Source: an uncultured Actinomycetes bacterium
Lineage (GTDB): Bacteria > Actinomycetota > UBA4738 > HRBIN12
Length of the DNA stretch: 64,000 nucleotides
Assembly (NCBI GenBank): GCA_963704725.1
Contig: OY969934.1
Location: forward strand, 1,152,001 to 1,216,000
Direction of reading: 5' to 3'
Shown one piece after another: positions 1 through 9,369 of this stretch (positions are counted from its first letter, which is position 1; each line of letters starts with the position of its first letter). The translations under genes and the position numbers were made by a program. Below the pieces are notes generated by a model. That model saw only the letters and a program-made list of their open reading frames with translations. It did no database searches and was not told the DNA's origin.

Positions 1-1726
1 ACGCTGGCCACGCCCAGCGACGAGGGCGTCGTCGCGGTGGAGACGGCGGCGGACGACCTCGACGCCGAGTCGGCGCCGGGGGCCATCCTGTTCATCCCGA
101 CGGGACGTTCCCGTACGACTTCGACCCGGACGCTGAACAGCGCCCAGTGCGGGAGCGCCACGAACACGAACACCACGTCGATCGTGGTGCTCGGCTCGCC
201 GAACGGTGACGAGTTCTTCGCCATCGACAACCTCGACGGCGCCGAGTTCAACACGGCCATCACGTGGGCCGTCGACATGGGTGGCAACACCGTCGGTGGG
301 ACGGACGAGTTCGAGATCGACGCCGCCGACCAGACCTCTGGCGGCGACAACATCGTCCTGACCAGCAGCACGTTCACCCTGAACGGCGGCGGTGGGCCGC
401 TGCTCGGCGTCGAGACCATCCAGGTCTTCGGCGGCGACGGCGACGACGTGGTCGACGGCTCGGCCGTCGGCGCCGGCACGACCCTGTTCCTCGAGGGCGA
501 CGCCGGAGACGACTGGCTCGCGCCCGGCCTCGCGGCACCGCAGACGGTGGCCGCGACGCCGATCGGCGACGAGGTCTTCGGCGGCGCCGGGACCGACACG
601 CTCAGCTACGGGACGCGGACCGACAGCACGGTCATCGACAACCGTCCGGGCCTCGCCGGCCACGACGCGAACGGTGACTGCGACGTGCTGGACATCGGCG
701 ACGAGGCCGACGTCCTGGACGACGTGTTCGAGATCCTGCAGACCGGCTCGGGCAACGACTGCCTGATCGGCGACGGCGGCGGGGTCGACGAGACGTTCAT
801 CCCCGGCGACGGTGACGACGACATCACCGGCGACGCTGCCGACGACGACGTCATCGACTGGTCGAGCTCCTCGGCCGCGATGTCGATCGACCCGGCCAAC
901 GGCACGGCCACCGGACAGGGCACCGACACCTACACCGACGTGTTCAACTTCGTCGGCTCGGCGTTCGACGACGTCCTGCTCTGGGACGGGACGACCGACG
1001 GGTTCGTCGGCGGCGACGGGGTCGACACGGTCGACGCCACGGCGGCGGTGACCGGCCAGGTCATCAACCTGGAGACGCTGGACAACCTGGGCGGCCTCGA
1101 GGTCGACACGCTCGAGAACGCGCTCGGTGGATCGGGCAACGACACGCTGACCGGCAACGACCTGCGGAACAACCTCGTGGGCAACGACGGCGACGACACG
1201 CTGAACGGTGCAGCCGGCAACGACTCGCTCGAAGGTGGGCTCGGCAACGACACCTTCTTCGGCGGCGTCGGGGCCGACCGGGTCAGCTTCGCCGCATCGG
1301 CGAACGGCGTGACGGCCGACCTCAGTCTCGGATTCGCCAGCGGCGAGGGCGATGACGCCTTCGGCCTGGACGTCGAGATCCTGGTCGGGTCCGACCACAA
1401 CGACACGTTCACCGGCGGCGGCGGGGCCACCACCCGGAACTTCCTGTTCCTGGGTGGCAAGGGCAACGACTCGCTGACGGGTTCGGGCAGCAACGACACG
1501 CTGCGCGGCGGTGGCGGCAACGACATCACCCGCGGCGCCAGTGGTGACGACACGATGTTCGGCGGCAAGGGCAACGACCGGATGTTCGGCGGTGCCGGCA
1601 CCGACATCGGCAAGGGCGGCCCTGGTGACGACGTCTGCAAGGGCGTCGAGATCGCCAAGAGCTGCGGAAGCCAGAGGCAACCCGGGTCGTACGGGCCTGG
1701 CTGCGCACGTCGCTCGCCTCGTCTAG
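1..1726 (+). CDS. Ca2+-binding RTX/hemolysin-type repeat protein, 5'-truncated; probable frameshift near 1670
   Basis: Frame open from base 1; many GGxGxDxL nonapeptides. The tracked ORF runs to 1851 through a terminator hairpin. Shifting frame at ~1670 gives ...KSCGS-RGNPGRTGLAAHVARLV* ending at TAG 1724-1726, just before the hairpin. Confidence 0.8.
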
Positions 1727-1747
1727 CACCACACAGCATCACGCACC

Positions 1748-1786
1748 GAACGGGACCGGCCCCCGAAAGGGGGCCGGTTCTGTTTG
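1748..1786 (+). terminator. Intrinsic terminator hairpin
   Basis: GGACCGGCCCCC-GAAA-GGGGGCCGGTTC followed by TGTTTG. Confidence 0.8.
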
Positions 1787-1971
1787 TGCGGAATGGGCGG
1801 CCCCGGACCGATCGCAGTGGGATCCAGTCGCAGGCAGCCGAACTACTGTAGACGCATGAGACGTCCCGATCGGTTCCCCGCAATCGGCCTTGATTCCCCG
1901 CACAACCCTGCATAGGGTGACCTGAACCCGGATGGGCCGATCCGGGACGCCTTCTCAAACGGGAGGTTCGC

Positions 1972-3846
1972 ATGCACAGAGCACGTTCGTTCACCCATGC
2001 CCGAGCGAGGCGCCGGCTCGGAGCGGCGCTATCCACCCTCGCGCTCGCGGCGTTCATCGTCGGTCTGACGGCGATCCCAGCGTTCGCGGCGGTCTCGTGC
2101 TCAGGTGGGGCGACGATGACGATCGACGTGACAGCCGGAACGGCGTTCACGATCTCTCTGAGCGGTGCACCGGCTCCGTTCGACATCGACGTGACCCCGA
2201 ACGATGGGTCGTGCGGCACATTCGACACTGGAACGGTGACATCGATCCACGTGAACGGGCTCGACGGCCAGAACGACAGCCTCACGATCGACCAGAGTGG
2301 AGCGGCAGCGTTCCCGGTGGGGAGCACCGCGACGTTCGTCCTCGCGATGGGGACGGGCACCGACTCGCTCGCGATCACGGGAGCAGCAGGCGCCGACGTC
2401 ATCGGGCTCGGCGCGAACGGCATCAGCCTCGATTCCGGACAGACTCCAGATGTGACGGGAACCGGCACCGTGGAGACCTTCACCGTGAACTCCGGGGCCG
2501 GCGACGATCAGGTCTCTGGGGCCGGAGGCGGCGGGCTCGGCGGCGTGTTCACGGCCGCGCTCGTGCTGAACGGCAGCGACGGGGCGGACAACCTGGCCGG
2601 CGGCAGCGGCGCCGACACCATCAACGGCGGGAACGGCAACGACACCCTGGCGGGCAACGACGGCAACGACACCGTCAACGGCGGGACCGACAGCGGCGCC
2701 GACTCGATGACCGGAGGTAACGGGACGGACACGCTGTCGTACTCCGGCGTGTCGGGTGCCGTGACGGTCAACCTCGCCACGACCACGGCGCAGACCACCG
2801 GCGGGGCGGGGAGCGACACGATCAACACGTTCGAGAATCTCGTCGGCGGGATCGGCGAGCCGACACGCTGACCGGCACCACGACCGACAACACGCTCACC
2901 GGAGGGAGCGGCAACGACACGCTCACCGGCGGGACCGGCAACGACTCGCTCCAGGGCGACGACGGCGACGACACGCTGGTCCCCGGCGCCGGCAACGACA
3001 TCGTGACCGGGGCCGCGGGGACCGACACCGTCAGCTACAGCGGATCAGACGGCCGCGATCACGGTCGACCTCAACATCGCGACCGGTCAGAACACCGTGG
3101 GAGCGGGCACCGACACGATCACGACGGTCGAGAACGCGACGGGCGGGACCGGCACGGACACGCTGCTCGGGAACTCCGGCGTGAACGTCCTGACCGGCGG
3201 CGACGGCAACGACCTGCTGAACGGGCGGGACGGGAACGACTCGATGGTCGGCGGGAACGGCACCGACACCGTCGACTTCTCGGCCGCGACGGCCGGGGTC
3301 ACCGTGAACCTCGGGGCGGGGACCGCGACGGGACTCGGCACCGACACGCTCTCGGGGATCGAGGCCGTGAACGGGTCCGCGTTCGACGACTCGCTCACCG
3401 GTGGCGCCGCCGCGGACATCCTTAACGGAGCCGCCGGCAACGACACGCTCGACGGCGCGGCCAGCGGCGACACGCTGAACGGCGGCGACGGCGATGACTC
3501 GCTGACGGGCGGCGACGGTGCCGACCATATGAACGGTGGCGCCGGCAACGACCTCTTCCTGGGCGTGGGCGGCAACGACGCCATGGTCGGTGGCGCCGGC
3601 AACGACCGGATGAACGGCGGCGACGGCAAGGACACCGCCACCGGCAGGTCCGGCAACGACACCCTCAAGGGGGGCAAGGGCAAGGACACGCTCTCCGGCG
3701 GCAAGGGCGACGACGGCCTCCGCGGCGGCAGCGGGAACGACAACCTGAGGGGCGGCGGCGGGAACGATACGCTCCGCGGCGGCCCCGGCACCGACACCTG
3801 CCGGCCGGGCCCCGGGAACGACTCCGAGGCGAGCTGCGAGAACTAG
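1972..3846 (+). CDS. Secreted Ca2+-binding RTX-repeat protein interrupted by two frameshifts (~2858, ~3048)
   Basis: GGAGG RBS; Sec signal (..IPAFA|AVSC); GGxGND repeats continue across three frames (1972-2858, 2860-3048, 3049-3846); ends DTC..SEASCEN. Confidence 0.75.
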
Positions 3847-3869
3847 GACCAGCGGATCGCGCGATCACG

Positions 3870-3897
3870 AGGGGCCGGGCGTCGCGCCCGGCCCCTT
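3870..3897 (+). terminator. GC-rich hairpin, probable terminator
   Basis: AGGGGCCGGGCG-TCG-CGCCCGGCCCCT shortly downstream of the stop. Confidence 0.65.
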
Positions 3898-4005
3898 GCG
3901 TATGAGCCGCCCGGATGCCGGATGCGCCGGGGCCGCCGTGTCGGTGGCTGCCGCCAGCTTCAACGGATCCCCCTTGTGACGCGCGGTTGTGTGGATTCGG
4001 TCTGG

Positions 4006-4305
4006 ATGGGGACAATTCCCGTAGATGACCGAGCCCGGCACTGCCTGTACCAGAAGCTGGAGGAGATTCTCGGGGCCGAGGAGGCCGGGACGTTGATGAA
4101 CCACTTGCCTCCCGCCGGTCTGGGCGATCTCGCCACGAAGGCGGACGTGCAGGGGCTGAGAACCGAGCTGCAGGCGCTCGAGCAACGGCTCACTGCCGAG
4201 TTCAGGGCACAGGTCGAGCAGGCCGGTCGTCGGCTCGTCATGTGGATGTCGTGCATGGTGCTCGCGACCGCCGCCCTCGCCTTCGCCGCCGGCCGGTTCG
4301 CATGA
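4006..4305 (+). CDS. Small DUF1640/CCDC90-like protein (head, LATKAD neck, coiled coil, C-terminal TM)
   Basis: L..KL..ILG.E.A.TLM..LPP...DLATKADV motif, heptad stretch, hydrophobic C-terminus. Confidence 0.7.
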   Translation: MGTIPVDDRARHCLYQKLEEILGAEEAGTLMNHLPPAGLGDLATKADVQGLRTELQALEQRLTAEFRAQVEQAGRRLVMWMSCMVLATAALAFAAGRFA

Positions 4306-4518
4306 CCTCGAGCGGCGAGACGCGCTCGACCATCAGTGGCCGGTGCTAGTGCCTCGTGAGTGAAGTCTTCTCACGCGCGGCCTTCCGAATCAACACGTCG
4401 GCCTCCTTGGTCCACTCGAAGGGTTTGCGCTGGCCCCTTAGGCGAGGCCGGCCCGGATCTGGGGCCGCCTTCTCGTTCTTGCCGGCGGTGGCGTCGCGAC
4501 ACGATCCGGGTTGACTCC

Positions 4519-5049
4519 ATGTCGTTCTCGGGTGCTAGCGTCCCGATCGTGGAAGGCGCGACCTGGACCGCGATCGGCCTGCTCGGAGGGACCCTGGTCG
4601 CCTTCCTCGGCGTCTTCTCCTTCTTCGGCTCCAAGATCGACGGTCTCGGCGCGCGACTCGACGCCAAGATCGACGGTCTCGGCGCGCGACTCGACGCCAG
4701 GATCGACGCGCAGGGTGCCGATCTCGGCGCCAGGATCGACGCGCAGGGTGCCGACCTCGGCGCCAGGATCGACGCGCAGGGTGCCGATCTCCACGCACAG
4801 GGCGCCGACCTCGGCGCCAGGATCGACGCGCAGGGCGCCGATCTCCACGCACAGGGCGCCGACCTCCGTGCCAGGATCGACGCGCAGGGCGCGGAGCTGG
4901 GCGGCAGGATCGACGCGCTGGGCTCCAACCTCGGCACCAGGATCGACGCCCTCGGTGCCCGAGTCGACACGTTGAGCGCGGACCTCGGCGGCAGGATCGA
5001 CGCGCTGAGCGCCCGGATGGACGATCACCTGCGGCACGCGGCCGGGTAG
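4519..5049 (+). CDS. Membrane-anchored hendecad-repeat coiled-coil protein
   Basis: N-terminal TM (WTAIGLLGGTLVAFLGVFSFF) then repeats of ARIDAQGADLG; alternative start GTG 4549. Confidence 0.7.
   Translation: MSFSGASVPIVEGATWTAIGLLGGTLVAFLGVFSFFGSKIDGLGARLDAKIDGLGARLDARIDAQGADLGARIDAQGADLGARIDAQGADLHAQGADLGARIDAQGADLHAQGADLRARIDAQGAELGGRIDALGSNLGTRIDALGARVDTLSADLGGRIDALSARMDDHLRHAAG
4636..5010 (+). repeat. Coding tandem repeat: 33-bp units with interspersed 21-bp units
   Basis: Repeated GCCAGGATCGACGCGCAGGGTGCCGATCTCGGC-like units; two units extended by CACGCACAGGGCGCCGACCTC. Confidence 0.85.
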
Positions 5050-5057
5050 CGAAGAAC

Positions 5058-6233
5058 CTAGGCTTCGCCGGGGTCCGGCCCCGGGAGCACGAGGATCGCG
5101 TTGCTGAGCTGACGCTGGCGGCGGTCCGAGGGATGGTTCACGACCTCGCCCTCCACCACCATCTCGGTGGAGCCGCCGCCGTCGAGGTTGAGGGCGTTCA
5201 CCGCGCCGAGGTCCCGCATGATGTGCGCGAACTGGTCCAGCGTCGGCCCCACCGACCAGCGCGGCTGCCGGCCGTCCACCACGACCATGAGGATCTTCCC
5301 CCCGGCGGTGACGCCGATCCCGGTCCGGGGCTGGGATCCGCATCCGGAGTTGCACTCCCCGAGGATCTGGCCGTCCTGGATCATCAGCGGCGCCCCGCCC
5401 ACCGCGTCGAGCACGCCCGGCCATCCCACGGTCCAGTGCATGCGGATCGGCGTTCCGGGCGCGAGGGCGAGGAGCTGCGTCGCCTCGTCCGTCGCGGGCG
5501 GCGCCGAGATCACGATGCCGCCGCCTCGGTCCATGAACGACTCGGTGCATGCCGCGGTGTCGACGACGAAGTCTCGGTTGATGCCCTCGTCCGGGGCGAG
5601 CCGGACCGGGTCCTGGGGCAGGAGCCGCACCGAGCACGCGAATCCCGGAGGCCGCTCCAGCGAACCGCCGAGCGGCGTGAATCCGGCGAGCTCGCCCGGG
5701 AGCGGCGCGCCGTCGTTCCATCGGTCGAGGCGGTACGTGACGCCGGTGGTTCGGTTGGTCATCGTGACGCGGACGGAGGGCGGCCCGACGAACACCGTGC
5801 TCTCGTCGGCGGAGATGGCGAACAGGCTCGCCCCCTGCGCGGACGTCTGCACGAGCTCGCCGTCCTGCATCATCGCGTGCACGGGCCGGCCGATGCCGTA
5901 GTCCCCGTTGATGGCGGCGATCGCGTCGTGCGCGTTCGCGATCCTGGTCAGCTCGCGGTGCGCGGGGAGCGTGGCCTCGGCGAGCGCGACGTCGAGCGTC
6001 ACGGCCTTCGCCGGGTCCATCTTGAGGATGAACGTGCGGCGCGGGACCTTGCGCTCGATGATCCTGATGAACGTCAGGCCGGGCGCGATCTTGCGCGTCT
6101 TGACGATCTTGCGGCTCGGCCGCGCGGCATCACGCGGTGCGCGGTCCGCCGCGGCGGGGACGCTCGCGAGCGATGCCGTCACGCAGGCCGCCAAGGCGGC
6201 GACGATCGCGCGACGACGGATGGTAGGTTTCAC
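5058..6233 (-). CDS. Secreted phosphodiester glycosidase (NAGPA-family) protein
   Basis: Signal peptide; AAINGDY, QPRTGIG, VVVDGR, ALNLDGGGST, ..PSD...RQLSNA motifs; start GTG 6233 or TTG 6242. Confidence 0.85.
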   Translation of the reverse strand: MKPTIRRRAIVAALAACVTASLASVPAAADRAPRDAARPSRKIVKTRKIAPGLTFIRIIERKVPRRTFILKMDPAKAVTLDVALAEATLPAHRELTRIANAHDAIAAINGDYGIGRPVHAMMQDGELVQTSAQGASLFAISADESTVFVGPPSVRVTMTNRTTGVTYRLDRWNDGAPLPGELAGFTPLGGSLERPPGFACSVRLLPQDPVRLAPDEGINRDFVVDTAACTESFMDRGGGIVISAPPATDEATQLLALAPGTPIRMHWTVGWPGVLDAVGGAPLMIQDGQILGECNSGCGSQPRTGIGVTAGGKILMVVVDGRQPRWSVGPTLDQFAHIMRDLGAVNALNLDGGGSTEMVVEGEVVNHPSDRRQRQLSNAILVLPGPDPGEA

Positions 6234-6256
6234 GGCAACCAATCCTAGAGGACGCC

Positions 6257-7489
6257 GTGCGTCGAGCCATCTCCATCGTGGTCATTGTGGTCTGCGCGTT
6301 CGCAATCGTGGACACAGACCGTGCACATGCGGCGTCATCGGCCTGGTCCTCCGCGAACGGCATCCTCGCGTTCCGCTCCGATCGCGACGGCGAGCCCGAC
6401 GTGTTCACCATGGACGCGACGGGCGCGAGCCAGACGAGCCTCACCGCGAACTCGGGCCTCGCCGACACGCAGCCCGCGTGGTCGCCGGACGGGCGGCGGA
6501 TCGCGTTCGTCCGCCGGACGGGCGAGCACGGCAAGCCGGACCTGTACTCGATCAGCAAGACCGGGTCGGGGCGCGCCCGCATCACGAGGACCAGCGTGCC
6601 CGAGCGCGATCCGGCGTGGTCGCCGGACGGCACGCACATCGCGTTCGCGGCGCGCACGAGCCTCGGCGGACCGTTCCGGATCTTCGTGACCCAGCCGGAC
6701 GGCGCCGGCATCGATCAGCTCACGACGCAGCCCGCCGGAACGGCCGATCGCTCGCCGGTGTGGTCGCCCGACGGCTCGAGGATCGCGTTCGTCTCGGACC
6801 GCAACGGTGGGTTCCCCGAGATCTACACGATGAACGCCGACGGCACGGGGGTGCACCGGTTGACGTCGAACTCGTTCGTCGACGGGAACCCGTCGTGGTC
6901 GCCCGACGGGACGAGGATCCTCGTCGAGCGCTGCTGCGAGGGCGGCTCCTCCGAGATCTACGCGATCGACCTCGCCACGCAAGCCGAGACCGACCTGACG
7001 AACACTCCCTCGTCGATGGACTTCGACCCCGTGTGGTCCCCGGACGGAGCGCAGATCGCCTTCGTCTCGTTCCTGGTCGGGGAGGGCAACCCCGACATCT
7101 GGACGATGAACGCGGACGGCTCGGGACAGACCCGGCTCACGAACGACCCGGCCGCCGACCTCGCGCCCGACTGGCAGCCCGATCCGAGGTGCACCATCCG
7201 CGGGACGCCGGGCCCCGACCCGGCTTTGGTCGGCACGGACGGCGACGACGTGATCTGCGCGCTGGCCGGCGACGATCTCGTGCAGGGCGGGCTCGGCAGG
7301 GATCTCATCCTGGGCGGCGCCGGCAACGACACCCTGAACGGCGACGACGACGCGGATCTGATCGTCGGCGGGGGTGGGGACGACACGCTGGACGGCGGCA
7401 ACGCCTTCGACGCCCTGGACGGCGAGCAGGGATTCGATACCTGCTTCCCCGGCCCGGACGGCGCGTTCTTCCGCCTCTGCGAGGCGTAG
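6257..7489 (+). CDS. TolB-like PD40 beta-propeller fused to C-terminal RTX-type Ca-binding repeats
   Basis: Signal peptide; repeated PxWSPDG..IAF; then CTIRGT..GDDVIC, GGAGND, C-terminal CEA. Confidence 0.85.
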   Translation: MRRAISIVVIVVCAFAIVDTDRAHAASSAWSSANGILAFRSDRDGEPDVFTMDATGASQTSLTANSGLADTQPAWSPDGRRIAFVRRTGEHGKPDLYSISKTGSGRARITRTSVPERDPAWSPDGTHIAFAARTSLGGPFRIFVTQPDGAGIDQLTTQPAGTADRSPVWSPDGSRIAFVSDRNGGFPEIYTMNADGTGVHRLTSNSFVDGNPSWSPDGTRILVERCCEGGSSEIYAIDLATQAETDLTNTPSSMDFDPVWSPDGAQIAFVSFLVGEGNPDIWTMNADGSGQTRLTNDPAADLAPDWQPDPRCTIRGTPGPDPALVGTDGDDVICALAGDDLVQGGLGRDLILGGAGNDTLNGDDDADLIVGGGGDDTLDGGNAFDALDGEQGFDTCFPGPDGAFFRLCEA

Positions 7490-7509
7490 CACGCTCGAGG
7501 ATCCAGATC

Positions 7510-7545
7510 ACTGTGGTAGACTGTGGCCCATGTCCCGGACTGTGG
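7510..7545 (+). promoter_or_regulatory. TA promoter/operator: three ACTGTGG repeats around a TAGACT -10
   Basis: ACTGTGG at 7510, 7520, 7539; TAGACT at 7517-7522. Confidence 0.5.
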
Positions 7546-7554
7546 AGCCAGACG

Positions 7555-7788
7555 ATGGCGAGGAAGAACCTGACCGTCCAGCTCGATGAGGACGTGATCC
7601 GTCGCGCCAAGGTGGTCGCCGCCAAGCGGGGCACGTCCGTCAGCGGTTTGGTGGCTCGAGACCTGGAGGAGCTGGTCGCGAACGACGCTCGCTACGAGGA
7701 GTCCTGGCGGCGTGCTCGCGACCTCATGACCGGGTCGATCCCCAGAGGCGGGAGGACCTGGCGCCGCGACGAGATCCACGAACGGTAG
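7555..7788 (+). CDS. vapB: RHH antitoxin (DUF6364/CopG-like)
   Basis: MARKNLTVQLDEDVIRRAKVVAAKRGTSVSGLV...WRRDEIHER, directly upstream of a PIN gene. Confidence 0.85.
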   Translation: MARKNLTVQLDEDVIRRAKVVAAKRGTSVSGLVARDLEELVANDARYEESWRRARDLMTGSIPRGGRTWRRDEIHER

Positions 7789-7793
7789 CGGCG

Positions 7794-8219
7794 GTGTCCC
7801 GTCGGGGCCCCACGTTCGTCGACACGAACGTGCTCGTCTACGCCCACGATCGCTCCGAGACGCAGAAGCAACCCGTCGCCCAGGGCGTTCTCGAACGGTT
7901 GTGGGCGGGGCGAGACGGGGTTCTCAGCACGCAGGTCCTTCAGGAGTTCTACGTGGTGGCCACCCGGAAGTTCGATCCTCGGATGACGCCGGCCGCCGCC
8001 CGCCGAATCGTGGCCCTGTACGGGGAATGGCCGACCGTCGAGATCGACGTCGCCCTGATCCTCGAAGCTTCCCGGCTCGAGGAGCGGCATACGCTTTCGT
8101 TCTGGGACGCCCTGATCGTGGAGGCTGCCCGCCGATCGGGGGCCGGGCGGCTCCTCACCGAGGATCTCCAGGGGGGACGCACGCTCGCCGGGGTCAGGAT
8201 CGAGAACCCCTTCGCTTGA
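7794..8219 (+). CDS. vapC: PIN-domain toxin
   Basis: FVDTNVLVY, STQVLQEF, SFWDALI, LLTED, NPF. Confidence 0.9.
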   Translation: MSRRGPTFVDTNVLVYAHDRSETQKQPVAQGVLERLWAGRDGVLSTQVLQEFYVVATRKFDPRMTPAAARRIVALYGEWPTVEIDVALILEASRLEERHTLSFWDALIVEAARRSGAGRLLTEDLQGGRTLAGVRIENPFA

Positions 8220-8259
8220 TCGATCGCGTGCGCGGGCTAGGGGAGGCGAAGCGCGGGCC

Positions 8260-8646
8260 TCAGAACAGCTCGATCTGTGCCTGGTGCCCCGGCGACGTGG
8301 CCAGACGGTGGTCACAAGTGATGAGCGGTACCGAGAGCGCCTCGCTCAGCGCAACGAACGCCGCGTCGTATGCGGTCAGGTAGTGCCGGAGCTCCCACAT
8401 CCGGTCCGACAACGGCTGATGGGGGTAGCGGACGATCGTCAGGTCCGCGAAGTCCGCTCGGGCGTCGGCGGCCGTGTCCTCACTGAGGTCAAGGGCTGCC
8501 ACGAGTCGCCGGAGCGAGTGGACCACCTCGACGTCGATCAGGTGAGGTGCGTGCAGCTCCTGGCCGCCGAGTCGGGCCACCAGCTTCGCGTCGACCGGCC
8601 GCCCGATCAGGGCGTCGAGCACCGCCGACGTGTCGACGACGAGCAC
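8260..8646 (-). CDS. vapC: PIN-domain toxin
   Basis: VVDTSA, APHLIDVEV, LTAYDAAFVALSE, LITCD; GTG start 2 nt after the antitoxin stop. Confidence 0.9.
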   Translation of the reverse strand: MLVVDTSAVLDALIGRPVDAKLVARLGGQELHAPHLIDVEVVHSLRRLVAALDLSEDTAADARADFADLTIVRYPHQPLSDRMWELRHYLTAYDAAFVALSEALSVPLITCDHRLATSPGHQAQIELF

Positions 8647-8648
8647 GC

Positions 8649-8879
8649 TCAGGGCCGGTCGCGGCCGGCCCGGACGGCCTCGACGATCTTCGACCGGTCG
8701 GTACCGCCGTGCCGGGCCCCAGATCGGGCGAGAACGTCGGCGACCGGCGGCCGATCGGCGACCCGCTCGATCTCGCGGAGCAGGTACTCGGAGAGGGAGA
8801 GCCCGGCCTGGGCCGCTCTCGAGCGGAGCGTGCGGTGCACGCCGTCGGGCACGTTGCGGATCTGGATCGTTCGGGCCAT
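8649..8879 (-). CDS. vapB: FitA-like RHH antitoxin
   Basis: MARTIQIRNVPDGVHRTLRSRAAQAGLSLSEYLLRE; upstream ATGCA/TGCAT repeats (8900-8927) are probable operators. Confidence 0.85.
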   Translation of the reverse strand: MARTIQIRNVPDGVHRTLRSRAAQAGLSLSEYLLREIERVADRPPVADVLARSGARHGGTDRSKIVEAVRAGRDRP

Positions 8880-8934
8880 GACCTCCAGGATACACGCCTT
8901 CTGCATGATCGCCATGCAATCTGCATGCGCGCCG

Positions 8935-9369
8935 TCAGCGATGGCGCAGCAAGGCCTGGACGAAGGCGACGACCGCCTCCGCGGTCCCCACGTCGTGCAG
9001 CACCTCGGCCCGGTCGAAGTCCCGCCCCTCGTACTCGGCCTGGTTTCGCGTTCGTCGCATCCGCTCGAGCCGGGCGAACACCTCGGCCCCGGCTGCCTCC
9101 GGGAAGAGGATCCGACAGGCCTCGACCAAGGCGGCGTGCGCGCCGGCGCCCTTCACCCGGAGCCCGCGGGACAGGAGCAGCGACGTGAGGGACTTCCGCG
9201 CCGCGTCGTAGGCGAGCTGGTACGCACCCGACAGGTCCTCGTCGAGCGCGGCTCTCGCGGTCCGGAGATGGAGCTTCGCGTCTTCGAGGAGCCGGTCGAT
9301 CGCGCGCTGGTCGATCTCGACGTCATGGATCGCGCCGCGGGAGCGCAGCCGCTCCATCCCGTCGGTCAC
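8935..9369 (-). CDS. HEPN-domain protein (putative toxin)
   Basis: AYQLAYDAARK, H.AL, RRTRNQAEY (R-X4-Y); GTGA overlap with the upstream MNT gene. Confidence 0.8.
   Translation of the reverse strand: MTDGMERLRSRGAIHDVEIDQRAIDRLLEDAKLHLRTARAALDEDLSGAYQLAYDAARKSLTSLLLSRGLRVKGAGAHAALVEACRILFPEAAGAEVFARLERMRRTRNQAEYEGRDFDRAEVLHDVGTAEAVVAFVQALLRHR

Noticed and set aside
1-3846. RTX pore-forming toxin or type I secretion locus
   Set aside because: No toxin domain, acyltransferase or T1SS genes were seen, and the second protein has a Sec signal.
4636-5010. Possible CRISPR array (33-bp periodicity)
   Set aside because: The repeats are contiguous with no unique spacers, stay in frame and encode a coiled coil; no cas genes were seen.
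7530-7589. 19-aa leader ORF ahead of the antitoxin
   Set aside because: No independent support; it may be the antitoxin's true N-terminus separated by another single-base error.
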